From Gemmatimonadota bacterium (lineage in GTDB: Bacteria; Gemmatimonadota; Gemmatimonadetes; Palauibacterales; Palauibacteraceae): a stretch of DNA of 27,414 nt. Made by a program: the position numbers and the translations under genes. How positions within the stretch are numbered: the first letter of the stretch is position 1; every line of letters begins with the position of its first letter. Below are positions 1 to 9,224 of this stretch, in pieces. The DNA lies in assembly GCA_039588275.1 (NCBI GenBank), contig JBDHAC010000019.1, positions 59,311 through 86,724 on the forward strand, written 5' to 3'. The notes beneath the pieces are model-generated. The model saw only the letters and a list, made by a program, of their open reading frames with translations. It searched no databases and had not been told where the DNA came from.

Positions 1-25
1 CCCGCCCGAGGAGGAGGATATTCCC

Positions 26-532
26 ATGAGGCGCACCTCGCTGTTCTGGAGCTTCGGCGCGGTCCTGGCCCTGGCGGCCTGCACGCAGCCCGCGACCGAC
101 ACCACCGAAGCCGTCACCACAGTCGATCCCGCAGCCGACATCGCAGCCATCGAGGCGCAGGTCGACGCCTTCCTCGAGGGCTTTAACGCGGGCGATATTG
201 CGGCCCTTGGTCCGTTGTACACGGAGGATGCCATCCAGATGCCGCCTGATGGTCCCGTCCTCGAAGGTGGCGCAGCGATCATCGCGAGCATCGAAGAGTT
301 CATCGCCGGGTTCTCGGCCACCCAGACCGCCACGGTTGACGAGGTGGGAGTGTTCGGTGATGTGGGGTTCTCGAGGGGCACGTGGAACGTCAGTCAGACT
401 CCCACGGCCGGGGGCGATGAGCAGCTGAGGAACGGCAAGTGGTTCATCCTGCACCAACGCCAGGCCGACGGCTCCTGGCAAGTGTGGCGGTGGATCTGGA
501 ACGAGGAGGGGACGGCCCCGGAAGCGATGTGA
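26..532 (+). CDS. Lipoprotein, NTF2-like (SnoaL/DUF4440 family)
   Basis: GAGGAGGA RBS upstream; signal peptide with LAAC lipobox; NTF2-like motifs 'FNAGD..LYTEDAIQMPP' and 'GKWFILHQRQADGSW'. Confidence 0.85.
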   Translation: MRRTSLFWSFGAVLALAACTQPATDTTEAVTTVDPAADIAAIEAQVDAFLEGFNAGDIAALGPLYTEDAIQMPPDGPVLEGGAAIIASIEEFIAGFSATQTATVDEVGVFGDVGFSRGTWNVSQTPTAGGDEQLRNGKWFILHQRQADGSWQVWRWIWNEEGTAPEAM

Positions 533-581
533 GGGCGGCAGCGCCGCCCCCCCGGCTGTCCCGGCCAACCGGATGACATCT

Positions 582-611
582 ACGAAAGCCCGCAACCACA
601 CGGGCTTTCGT
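582..611. terminator. Inverted repeat, probable terminator after the first gene
   Basis: 11-bp perfect stem ACGAAAGCCCG-N8-CGGGCTTTCGT; U-tract is short. Confidence 0.5.
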
Positions 612-767
612 GCATCTCAGCATGGCCACCAGCATGGCCATGGAGCACGTTCGACAGCCGCACGAGGGGCCTCTCACGCGTTCGCCTTGCTGCGCAATCT
701 TCGCCTGAACACCTTTTGCGGGGTTCGAATCGCGAGCTGATGGCTCCTCGCACGGGGCGGCGTCAGG

Positions 768-3700
768 ATGGCAACGCTCATCGATCGCCTCAGGGTGGCC
801 CTCACTGACCGCTACGCCGTGGAGCGCGAGATCGGTCGTGGTGGAATGGCGACCGTCTATCTGTCCGTCGATCTCAAGCACCGCCGCCGGGTCGCGATCA
901 AGGTTCTGCGCCCCGAGCTCTCGGCCACATTGGCCTCGGAACGGTTCCTCCGCGAGATCGAGGTCGCCGCACAGCTCGCCCACCCACACATCCTGCCGCT
1001 GTTCGATTCGGGCGAGACCGACGACCTCGTCTACTACGTGATGCCCTACATCGAGGGCGAGAGCCTCCGCGATCGTCTGAGACGCCAGACGCGGCTGCCC
1101 ATCGACGACGTACTCCGGATCGGGCGCCAGGTGACCGCGGCGCTGCGGCACGCGCACGGCCACGGCGTGATCCACCGCGACATCAAGCCCGAGAACATCC
1201 TCCTCGCAGACGGCGAAGCCGTCGTCGCGGACTTCGGGATCGCGCGGGCGATCACGCAGGCAGGTCGCGAGCATCTCACGGGAACCGGTGTGATGATCGG
1301 CACACCGACCTACATGAGCCCGGAGCAGGCGAGCGGCGAACGCGTTGACGAGCGCTCCGACATCTACTCGTTGGGGTGCGTGCTATACGAGATGCTGGTG
1401 GGGCGACCGCCGTTCACGGCGTCGACCCCGATGAAGCTGATCGCCAGCCACGCCCGGCAGGATGTTCCGCGGCTGCGGGCAAAGCGACCCGATGTCCCCG
1501 AGGCCGTCGACGAGGCGGTCCGTCGGGCGTTGAGCAAGCGCCCCGGGGATCGATACCGAACGGCGAGCGAGTTCGAGAAAGTGCTCAGGGAATCGACCCG
1601 GACCGAGGCCGGGCGCAGCGCGTGGGTGATCCCCCTGGCGCTCATCGCTTACGTCACGGTCGGTTGGCTCACGTACGAGGCGATCGACCGACTGGCGACC
1701 GACTACTTCTTGCCGAGTTGGGTGAGCCGAGGTGTGCTGGCGGTTCTCCTGGCCGGGCTCACGGTCTTCCTGCTTACCGCAATTCAGCGTGGGTTCTTCG
1801 CCGGGCGCCGCCCGGATGTCCGTGGGCTCCGATGGGCCGACAATCCCCTTTATCGGATTCTTAGCTGGAGGAACTCGATGCTGGCGGGCGTGGGTGCGCT
1901 GCTGCTCGTCGGTGCCTGGGCCGGCGGGTATCTGGCGCTGCGGGCGCTCGGGATCGGCCCGCCGGGGACACTCATTGCCAGCGGTGTGCTCGGTGAGCGC
2001 GAGCGCATCATCGTCACCGAGTTCGAGTCGGCTGCACGGGATTCGGCTCTCGCGGGCGCGGTCACCGAAGCCGTGCGAGCCGATCTCTCGCGCTCCCCCG
2101 CCGTATCCGTCGTGCCTCGTGAGCAGATCGCCGCGGTCCTGCGCCTCATGGAGCGGGATCCCACCGTGCGCGTCGGCCCCGACGAGGCGCGCGAGGTTGC
2201 CCTGCGCGACGGGGTCGAGGCGATGACCATCGGCGGGGTTAGTCGTGCCGGCCCGGGGTTCGTGCTGACGGTGAACGTGGTGCTCGTCGAGTCCGGGGAG
2301 TCGATGGCTTCGGCGCGTGAGCTTGCCACCGATTCGACACAGATCATCCGGGCCATCGAACGGCTGTCCAGGAGGGTGAGAGAACGGATCGGGGAGTCGC
2401 TCGCGTCCCTGCGGAGCCTGCCGCCGTTGAGCCGTGTGACCACGAGCTCCCTCGACGCACTCAGGAAGTACTCGCAGGCGCTGGGCGCTCAGTTTCGACA
2501 GGGCGACTACGCCCGCGCGGTGGCCCTATACGAGGAGGCGGTGGAGGAGGATTCGACATTCGCGAGCGCGTACCGACGTCTGGGTGTCGCTTACGGGAGG
2601 GACGGCGGGAGCCCTCAGCGTCGGGTCGATGCACTGACGAAGGCCTTTGAGTACCGGACTCGGACCGGCGACCTGGAGCGCTACCTGATCGAAGCGACCT
2701 ACCACCAGGTCGTGACGTGGGACATTGAGCAAGCGGCCGCGGCCTACCGTAGCGTCCTCGCGCTCGATCCCGAGCACCGCGTGGCACTGAACAACCTCGC
2801 GAACGTGTATGGCCGCCTTCGTGACTGGACGCGGGCCGAGGACATGTACCGGCGGAATATCGAACGAGGGGAACTGGTCGGGCTTCGGAACATCGCGATT
2901 GTACAGTTCGCCCAGGGCAAGTTCGACGAAGCGGCCGCGAGCCTCGCGGTCGCCGCCGATAGTCTCCCCGGGAACCCGGATGTCGAGTTGGACCGGTACC
3001 GACTGGCAAGTGCGAGTGGAGACTACGGGTCCGCGGAGACCCGGCTCATGGCGATTCGTCGGTCCCAGAGCGAGAGCCTGCGCTGGCAGGCTGAAACCTC
3101 GCGGCACCTCGGTTGGCAGGCCCGTCTGCTCGGCCGACTCGCGACAGCAAAGGGGCATTGGCGCGACGCGATGGCCGCGCACCTGCTCAGCGGATCGTAT
3201 GGGGCCTACCTGGTAGACGCGACCGAGCTCGCCAACCTCGAGAGCCTGTATCCTGGTGATCGGGCGGGTGCTTTGAGCATCGTCGACGATGCTCTGCGCC
3301 GGATTCCGCTCGACTCGGTCGCGCCGCTGAACCGTCCCTACGCGGAGCTGGCCGCGTTCTTCGCCCGGCACGGAGATCGGGCGCGAGCACGAGCCCTGAT
3401 CGATGTGTTCGGAACAGCGGCCGACCCCCGCTTCGCGGACCCGCAGGGTATTGCCCTTCACGAGGCGCGTGCATGGTTGGCGCTGGCTGAAGAACGTCCA
3501 CAGGAAGCCATCGAGCTGTGGCGGGAGCTCACCGAGAAGATCACGTGCCCCGTGTGCAATCTTCCACCGCTTGGTCTGGCTTTCGAGGTCGCCGGAGCTC
3601 CGGATTCCACGATCTCGATCTACGAGCGTTACCTGACGACGCCGTGGCTCTTTCGTCAGACCACTGATGCCCACTACAGGGCTGTCGTCCTCGAGCGGTT

Positions 3701-3854
3701 AGGCCAGCTCTACGACGAGAGGGGTGATTCCGCGAAGGCCGCGGAGAACTACGCCAAGTTCGTGGCGCTGTGGACCGACGCGGATCCTGAACTCCAGTCG
3801 CGCGTGCGGGCTGCGCAGCGGCGGCTGGCGGAAATCCTGGCGCAGCTAGGTTGA
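768..3854 (+). CDS. Membrane Hanks-type Ser/Thr protein kinase with about 3 TM helices, a TolB-N-like domain and TPRs
   Basis: GRGGMATVY, VAIK, HRDIKPEN, DFG, GTPTYMSPE and SDIYSLG motifs; three hydrophobic segments after the kinase domain; TPR-like helices (ALNNLANVY). Confidence 0.95.
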   Translation: MATLIDRLRVALTDRYAVEREIGRGGMATVYLSVDLKHRRRVAIKVLRPELSATLASERFLREIEVAAQLAHPHILPLFDSGETDDLVYYVMPYIEGESLRDRLRRQTRLPIDDVLRIGRQVTAALRHAHGHGVIHRDIKPENILLADGEAVVADFGIARAITQAGREHLTGTGVMIGTPTYMSPEQASGERVDERSDIYSLGCVLYEMLVGRPPFTASTPMKLIASHARQDVPRLRAKRPDVPEAVDEAVRRALSKRPGDRYRTASEFEKVLRESTRTEAGRSAWVIPLALIAYVTVGWLTYEAIDRLATDYFLPSWVSRGVLAVLLAGLTVFLLTAIQRGFFAGRRPDVRGLRWADNPLYRILSWRNSMLAGVGALLLVGAWAGGYLALRALGIGPPGTLIASGVLGERERIIVTEFESAARDSALAGAVTEAVRADLSRSPAVSVVPREQIAAVLRLMERDPTVRVGPDEAREVALRDGVEAMTIGGVSRAGPGFVLTVNVVLVESGESMASARELATDSTQIIRAIERLSRRVRERIGESLASLRSLPPLSRVTTSSLDALRKYSQALGAQFRQGDYARAVALYEEAVEEDSTFASAYRRLGVAYGRDGGSPQRRVDALTKAFEYRTRTGDLERYLIEATYHQVVTWDIEQAAAAYRSVLALDPEHRVALNNLANVYGRLRDWTRAEDMYRRNIERGELVGLRNIAIVQFAQGKFDEAAASLAVAADSLPGNPDVELDRYRLASASGDYGSAETRLMAIRRSQSESLRWQAETSRHLGWQARLLGRLATAKGHWRDAMAAHLLSGSYGAYLVDATELANLESLYPGDRAGALSIVDDALRRIPLDSVAPLNRPYAELAAFFARHGDRARARALIDVFGTAADPRFADPQGIALHEARAWLALAEERPQEAIELWRELTEKITCPVCNLPPLGLAFEVAGAPDSTISIYERYLTTPWLFRQTTDAHYRAVVLERLGQLYDERGDSAKAAENYAKFVALWTDADPELQSRVRAAQRRLAEILAQLG

Positions 3855-3861
3855 GTTGAAC

Positions 3862-3887
3862 GGGGCGGCGCCGGCGAGCGCCGCCCC
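3862..3887. terminator. GC-rich hairpin between convergent genes
   Basis: GGGGCGGCGC-N6-GCGCCGCCCC, 10-bp perfect stem, no U-tract. Confidence 0.5.
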
Positions 3888-3897
3888 TCGGTTCCGC

Positions 3898-4479
3898 TCA
3901 GTGCCCGAGTCGGACCTCGATGCCGAGGGAAAGCCCCCCGGCGTCACGTCCGAGCGTCAAGCTCGCGGGTGGGACGGCTACCCAGCGCTCGCTCTTGATC
4001 AGCAACCCGATTACGGCCCCCCACGCGGCGCCCGCCGCGATGCTGCCCAAGATGAGAACGTCCTCCTGGCCCTCGCAGAGGTCGAACCAAAACTTTCCGT
4101 TGCCCAACGTGCAGTCGTCCAGGGCCGCAACGGCGAGTAGCCCCATGCCCAGCCCGACGCCCGCGCCCCAGAGGGCTCCTCTCCCGGGGTTCCTCTTTCG
4201 ACCATCGCTGATCTCCAACTCGTGGATGTTGGCGCGATCGATCGACACGAGAGGTCCATCGGTGGAGCCTACTCGAATCCACAGCGAGTCGCCCGACGTC
4301 CCTTCCAGGTGCCCCACGAAGCGCGCAGCCAAGGGGACGGACGAGCCGGCGTACCCTTCCGCGTCTACCGTTCGCACCCTGACGCGGGTTCCGGCATCGA
4401 CCAAGGCGTCCTGACCTTGCGCCCCGTGGGCGGGCAACAAGGCGAGACACGCCACCAGTATAAGACCGAACCGTTTCAT
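3898..4479 (-). CDS. Exported/membrane hypothetical protein with glycine-zipper-like helices
   Basis: ATG at 4479 with GGAG RBS; signal peptide MKRFGLILVACLALLPAHGAQG; segments GALWGAGVGLGMGLL and GSIAAGAAWGAVIG. Confidence 0.75.
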   Translation of the reverse strand: MKRFGLILVACLALLPAHGAQGQDALVDAGTRVRVRTVDAEGYAGSSVPLAARFVGHLEGTSGDSLWIRVGSTDGPLVSIDRANIHELEISDGRKRNPGRGALWGAGVGLGMGLLAVAALDDCTLGNGKFWFDLCEGQEDVLILGSIAAGAAWGAVIGLLIKSERWVAVPPASLTLGRDAGGLSLGIEVRLGH

Positions 4480-4506
4480 GATCGTTTCTCCATTGTGCAT
4501 GTGTGT

Positions 4507-4755
4507 CTATAAGAAGACGGCGCCGAATCCCACGCCCAGCAGAAAAGCCAGGGCGAGGGCGAGCACCCACCGCGCACGGCCATCCGCCTCGCAAGCTTCT
4601 CCTTCCACGACCCGCATGGCCCGCCGGATCTGCTCCGGGTTCGTTCGCGGGTGACGTTCTAGGAACTCCCTGATGGCGACGTCTATATCTTCACTGAGCT
4701 CATCGATCCGCTCCGATGATCTCATAGTGCCGGGATCACTCGATGCGCCGGACAT
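4507..4755 (-). CDS. Small hypothetical protein with a C-terminal TM helix
   Basis: AGAGGAG RBS before ATG 4755; charged helical body followed by WVLALALAFLLGVGFGAVFL; fits between co-directional neighbours. Confidence 0.65.
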   Translation of the reverse strand: MSGASSDPGTMRSSERIDELSEDIDVAIREFLERHPRTNPEQIRRAMRVVEGEACEADGRARWVLALALAFLLGVGFGAVFL

Positions 4756-4836
4756 TCCCGTCTCTCCTCTCGATTTTGTGGGGCCGTGGCCAACCCGCGG
4801 CCCCCCATAAGGCACCGCGCCCTCGCTCCAGCGGCG

Positions 4837-5646
4837 CTAATGGGAGCGGAGGGCGATGTCCCCTTCGAGCGTCGTGAGTCTGAGGGTGTGTCCCCCGCTT
4901 CCCAGCGTCCCACGCAGCTGCCGGCTAGAGCCCAGGCGCGTGATGCTGAGCGGGAAGTCGGTCGAGATCGAGCCGCTCCCCGTGCTGCCCCAGACTTCGG
5001 CGTTCATGCTCGCCGGGACGCGCACGGTGACGTTCCCGTTCAGCGAGACGAACAAGAGATCTCGATCCATCGCGGCCTGCCCGATGGAGGCCGTGACGTC
5101 TCCGTAGAAGGTGTTCCCTTCGGCAAGCCCCGACGTCGAGATGTCGATGTCTCCGGACAGACTGCCGGCGACGACATCGCCGTCGAGACCGGTCGCTTCG
5201 ATGGACCCGCTCAGAGTCCCTCCGACGAAGTCACACCCCGCCGGCACCTCGACGTCGAAGGTTACCTCGACATCGTTTCTCCAACTCGATTGCTGACCGT
5301 CCAGGCCCGGCAGACACTCATTTGGCTCCCGTCCCGGCACATCTGGGTAAAGCGCGCAGATCGTCACGCCCTGCCCGGTTTCCACCACCTCGATCCGCAC
5401 GGTGGACGGATCGTCTCTTTCTCCTCGCTTGCGAGCGACGACTCGAACCATACCGTTCGCGGACTGCGAGGCTCGCACATCTCCGCTGATATTCCTGATC
5501 TCGACGGTCTGCCCCGGAGCGATCTGCCCGCTCCAGTCGAAGCGCTCCGTCTTCCCCGGTTCGTTTCCGTCAGGCCCGGTGGCATCCGAACACGCGGCCA
5601 ACAGCACCGCGATCGCCGTTATCGTGAAAGCTCTTGGAAGCCGCAT
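4837..5646 (-). CDS. Lipoprotein with DUF4097 (toast-rack/adhesin-like) beta-strand repeats
   Basis: GAGGAG RBS before ATG 5646 (alternative start 5661); LAAC lipobox; repeats ISGDV, LSGSI, LSGDI, LNGNV, GSGSI, LEGDI. Confidence 0.85.
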   Translation of the reverse strand: MRLPRAFTITAIAVLLAACSDATGPDGNEPGKTERFDWSGQIAPGQTVEIRNISGDVRASQSANGMVRVVARKRGERDDPSTVRIEVVETGQGVTICALYPDVPGREPNECLPGLDGQQSSWRNDVEVTFDVEVPAGCDFVGGTLSGSIEATGLDGDVVAGSLSGDIDISTSGLAEGNTFYGDVTASIGQAAMDRDLLFVSLNGNVTVRVPASMNAEVWGSTGSGSISTDFPLSITRLGSSRQLRGTLGSGGHTLRLTTLEGDIALRSH

Positions 5647-5795
5647 CTTCTTTCTCCTCATATCGCTCTCCCTCGGCCCTCTTCTCATCCTCTGGACGAG
5701 CCGAAGGATTCTCGGTGTCCGGTTGGCGAGTGGCCGGCCGGCTTCGCTTCCGCCTCTTTGCCCGTTTCTGCACCCGCGACTACGTTCTCGAGTGG

Positions 5796-5829
5796 ATCGT
5801 AGGGGGGACGCGTCTCACCGCTGTCTCCC
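5796..5829 (-). promoter_or_regulatory. Candidate promoter of the DUF4097 operon with direct repeats 11 bp apart (SARP/wHTH-box-like)
   Basis: Minus strand reads GGGAGAC-agcg-GTGAGAC-N10-TACGAT; lies next to a divergent SARP-type regulator. Confidence 0.35.
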
Positions 5830-5868
5830 TCAGCGTCATGTCGGGGGTTACGCCTTCATGGTCGTCTA

Positions 5869-8460
5869 GTGGCCAGCCCCAGGATCACCTTTCGGGCTCT
5901 TGGCACACCCGAGTTGAGAGGCCCCGACGGCGCCGAGCTGCAGTCGATCCTCGCGCGGCCCAAACTCCTCGGGCTGCTCTCTTTCCTGGCCTGTTCATCG
6001 CCACGCGGCTTCCAACGCCGAGACACGCTTCTGGGACTCTTCTGGGCGGAAACCGACCAGAAGCGAGCTCGCAGCGCGCTCCGGCAGTCGCTCTACTACC
6101 TGAGGCAGTCGCTCGGAGCGGGAGTCCTGGTCAGCCGGGGCGAAGAGGAGATCGGGCTCGACCCGGAGCGGTTGTGGTGCGACGTGTCGGCCTTCGACGC
6201 CGGTCTCGAGGAAGGACGACCGGAAGAGGCGCTCGAAGTGTTTCGGGGCGACCTGTTGGCAGGGTTCTTCGTCTCGGGGGCGCCGGAGTACGAGCGCTGG
6301 CTGGGAGAGCGCCGAGAGGAACTGCGTCGGCAGGCGTGCGGAGCCGCGTGGGAACTGGCTGAGCGGGCCGGGTCGGAGAACAACGCGGCCGCGGCCGGCC
6401 ACTGGGCGCACCGCGCCACGAAGATGGCACCCCTCGACGAAAACCTCGTGACGCAAGCGATCGAGCTGCTGGATCGGATGGGAAACCGGCCGGGGGCCGT
6501 GCGGTTGTACGAGGCCTTCGCCAGGCGGCTCGAGGAGGAGTTGGAGCTTCAGCCGTCTCCCGAGACGAAAACGCTGGTCGAGCGGATTCGCTCGCGAACC
6601 GAGGTCCAGACAGAGGGTGCCGCCGTGTCGACGGCGGCTGCCGAGGCTTCGCGAACGGTTGGGGAAGCCACAGATGAGCTCGCCGACATCGAGCCACCCG
6701 AAGAGGTCGATCCCTCTGGGCCGTCGCTTCGATCACCAGACGCACGCGGAGTTGCGCCGGCCGGCCCGCCGGTGAGGCGCGGCGTCGGTTTTCAACGCGC
6801 CGTTCTGATCGGGGCCGCTCTCATGATCGTGCTCGGCGTGACGTGGGCCTTGAGTTCCGGCGGAACCTCCCTGGACCCGCGGCGGGTGGTCGTCACCGTC
6901 TTCGCCAACGAGACGGGCGACCCCGATCTCGATCCGTTGGGCCGGATGGCGGCGGATTGGATCACACATGGCATCGATGAATCCGGAATCGTGGACGTGG
7001 TACCGAGCACCATCGGTCTGGCGCCCCGTCCGGACCTCACGGATCTGCAGGTGTCGAGAGCGGGCGGAGCGGCGGCTCTGGCCGAGGCGACAGGAGCCGG
7101 GCTCGTCGTCGCGGGGGCGTACTATCGCCGCGGCGACTCGGTCGAGTTTCAGGCTCAGGTCATCGACGCGCGTGATGGGCGGCTTTTGAGCGCGGTGGCT
7201 CCGGTCAGCGGGCCGGTCAAGGCTCCGTCTGCCGCCGTCGACTCGTTGCGTCACGGTGTGGTGCGGACACTCGTGGTCGTACTCGATCCCGCTCTTTCAG
7301 TGACCTCCGCCGCGACCCGGCCACCGTCCTTGGAAGCCTACCGTGAGTACCTGGAGGGGCTTCGCACCTTCCGGCGCGTTCCGCAACAGATGCGAGACGC
7401 GCTCCGCTACCTGTATCGAGCGGTCGAGCTGGACTCAGCCTTCCTCGCGCCTCGCTTTTACATCGTCATGGCGCACATGAACTTGGGCGAGCCGGCTGCG
7501 GCCGATTCCAACGCGCGCCTGTTGGACGCCGAGCGCCCACGCCTCACGGAGCTGCAGCGCAATACGCTCGATTGGTACCTGGCGGGGTTGGGCGGGGATC
7601 AGATGGCGGCGCTCGAGGCGGCCCGAGCCAGGGGCGGGCTCGATGTCGGCGTGCAGGCGCTCCGGGCGAACCATCCCGCGGAAGCGGTCGAAGCCCTGAC
7701 GACCGGGGAAGACGTCTCTGGATACTATTTTCAATGGCTCGCTCTCACCGAAGCCTATCATGTGCTCGGCGACTTTCGTCGTGAGTTGCGGGAGGCGCGG
7801 CGCGCTCGCGAGGCACATCCGGAGCGGCTGCGCATGCTCGACGCGGAGTTGCGAGCACTGGCGGCGCTGGGGCGGATCCGCGACGTGGAGCAGGGCTTGG
7901 ATGCGAGCCTGTTGCTGCCGATCGAGGAGGTCATCACCCAGGCCCACTTGATGCGAAGCGCGGCCGCGGAGCTTCGGGCGCACGGGTCGCATCAGGCGTC
8001 CTTGGATGTCGCTGACCGCGCCACCGAGTGGTTCCGCTCTCGTCCAGCGCGAGCGACTCGGACTTGGACGCACCGACTGGGCCTGGCCATCGCCCACTAC
8101 CAGCGAGAACGGTGGGAGGAGGCCCGGGCGCTCTTCGAGGAGCTGGCTTCGGAGGACGCGAGTGATCTGGACGTGCAAGGATTCCTGGGTTCGCTGGCGG
8201 CACGGAGGGGTGACCGGGTTGAAGCGGCGCGCATCAAGGATCGGCTCGACGGGTTCTCCAACCCTTATGACCTCGGGGCGGTCTCCTTGCGGCAGGCCCG
8301 GATCGCCTCGCTCCTGGGCGAGCGGGAGCGCGCGATGGTGCTTCTTCGAGATGCGTTCGCCCGGGGATTGCACTTCACGGTCTTCCTGCACACTGACATG
8401 GACCTCGAGCCGCTGCACGGCTACCCGCCGTTCGAGGAGCTCGTAAGACCAAAGGGGTGA
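5869..8460 (+). CDS. Transmembrane SARP/BTAD-family transcriptional regulator with TolB-N-like and TPR sensor region
   Basis: N-terminal 'RDTLLGLFWAE..ARSALRQSLYYLRQ' wHTH; BTAD motifs 'WCDV..F', 'GDLLAG', 'PLDE', 'ELELQPSPET'; a single TM (AVLIGAALMIVLGVTWAL); 'RVVVTVFANETGD' domain followed by TPRs. GTG start is tentative. Confidence 0.9.
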   Translation: MASPRITFRALGTPELRGPDGAELQSILARPKLLGLLSFLACSSPRGFQRRDTLLGLFWAETDQKRARSALRQSLYYLRQSLGAGVLVSRGEEEIGLDPERLWCDVSAFDAGLEEGRPEEALEVFRGDLLAGFFVSGAPEYERWLGERREELRRQACGAAWELAERAGSENNAAAAGHWAHRATKMAPLDENLVTQAIELLDRMGNRPGAVRLYEAFARRLEEELELQPSPETKTLVERIRSRTEVQTEGAAVSTAAAEASRTVGEATDELADIEPPEEVDPSGPSLRSPDARGVAPAGPPVRRGVGFQRAVLIGAALMIVLGVTWALSSGGTSLDPRRVVVTVFANETGDPDLDPLGRMAADWITHGIDESGIVDVVPSTIGLAPRPDLTDLQVSRAGGAAALAEATGAGLVVAGAYYRRGDSVEFQAQVIDARDGRLLSAVAPVSGPVKAPSAAVDSLRHGVVRTLVVVLDPALSVTSAATRPPSLEAYREYLEGLRTFRRVPQQMRDALRYLYRAVELDSAFLAPRFYIVMAHMNLGEPAAADSNARLLDAERPRLTELQRNTLDWYLAGLGGDQMAALEAARARGGLDVGVQALRANHPAEAVEALTTGEDVSGYYFQWLALTEAYHVLGDFRRELREARRAREAHPERLRMLDAELRALAALGRIRDVEQGLDASLLLPIEEVITQAHLMRSAAAELRAHGSHQASLDVADRATEWFRSRPARATRTWTHRLGLAIAHYQRERWEEARALFEELASEDASDLDVQGFLGSLAARRGDRVEAARIKDRLDGFSNPYDLGAVSLRQARIASLLGERERAMVLLRDAFARGLHFTVFLHTDMDLEPLHGYPPFEELVRPKG

Positions 8461-8515
8461 TCGCGGGACGCCTCGACCGTGGACACAACAGGGCCACGTC
8501 ACACGTAGATATCAC

Positions 8516-8549
8516 GGGGTGCAGATCTCGACAGGGGTGCAGATCTCGA
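8516..8549. repeat. Tandem 16-bp direct repeat, period 18
   Basis: GGGGTGCAGATCTCGA at 8516-8531 and 8534-8549. Confidence 0.9.
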
Positions 8550-8581
8550 TTGGGCACCTCGTTCTCCGCGGCGGTCCCGAC

Positions 8582-9220
8582 ATGAGGCGTGGAAGACTCA
8601 GGAGGCTGATGCTCCGCACGGCCCTGGCCATGGCGGCGCTCGTAGCGCTTTACCTGCTGGTGATCCGGCCGTGGCACCTGCGGTGGGGCGCCACTGACGA
8701 AGAGGTCGCTCGTCCGATGCCCGGTGACGAGATCCACCCTCGCCCCTCGTTCGACGGTACTCGTGCCGTTTCCATCCGCGCCCGCCCGGAACACATCTGG
8801 CCCTGGCTGGTTCAGATGGGATACAAGCGGGCCGGCTTCTACAGCTACGACCGGCTCGACAACGCCCGCATCCCGAGCGCCGACAGCATCATGGAAGAGT
8901 ATCAGGATCTGAAGGTCGGGGACCGGGTGCCGATGTCTCCGGACGCCTACGTGGAAGTGGAGGCGATGGACCCGGGACGATCGATGCTCTGGGTGTTCCG
9001 AGGGCACGGTCAGTGGGAGAACGCCACGTGGGCCTGGGGGCTCTACGAGGATGACGAGGGCCATACCCGCCTGATCACCCGGCTGCGGATGACCTACAAA
9101 TGGACCCGCCCGAGCATCGTCCCGATGCTGTTCGTCGATGCGGTCGAGCTCGTGATGATGCGGAAGTGTCTGCTCGGCATCCGGGACCGTGCGGAACGGC
9201 TCGCGCGGGAGGCCGCGTAG
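8582..9220 (+). CDS. Membrane-anchored SRPBCC-like hypothetical protein
   Basis: N-terminal TM; family-like motifs 'RPW..RWGAT.EE...MPGD', '[26 protein letters not shown]', 'TRLI.R', 'MMRK.LLGI..RAE'. Start codon is uncertain. Confidence 0.75.
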   Translation: MRRGRLRRLMLRTALAMAALVALYLLVIRPWHLRWGATDEEVARPMPGDEIHPRPSFDGTRAVSIRARPEHIWPWLVQMGYKRAGFYSYDRLDNARIPSADSIMEEYQDLKVGDRVPMSPDAYVEVEAMDPGRSMLWVFRGHGQWENATWAWGLYEDDEGHTRLITRLRMTYKWTRPSIVPMLFVDAVELVMMRKCLLGIRDRAERLAREAA

Positions 9221-9224
9221 GGCC

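Noticed and set aside
618..640. CAGCATGGCCA direct repeat, two copies
   Set aside because: Short, only two copies, and no supporting context.
716..738. GGTTCGAATC resembling a tRNA T-loop
   Set aside because: The flanks do not form a T-stem, and no cloverleaf or acceptor stem can be built.
8516..8549. CRISPR array
   Set aside because: Only two 16-bp repeats with a 2-bp gap, and no cas genes.
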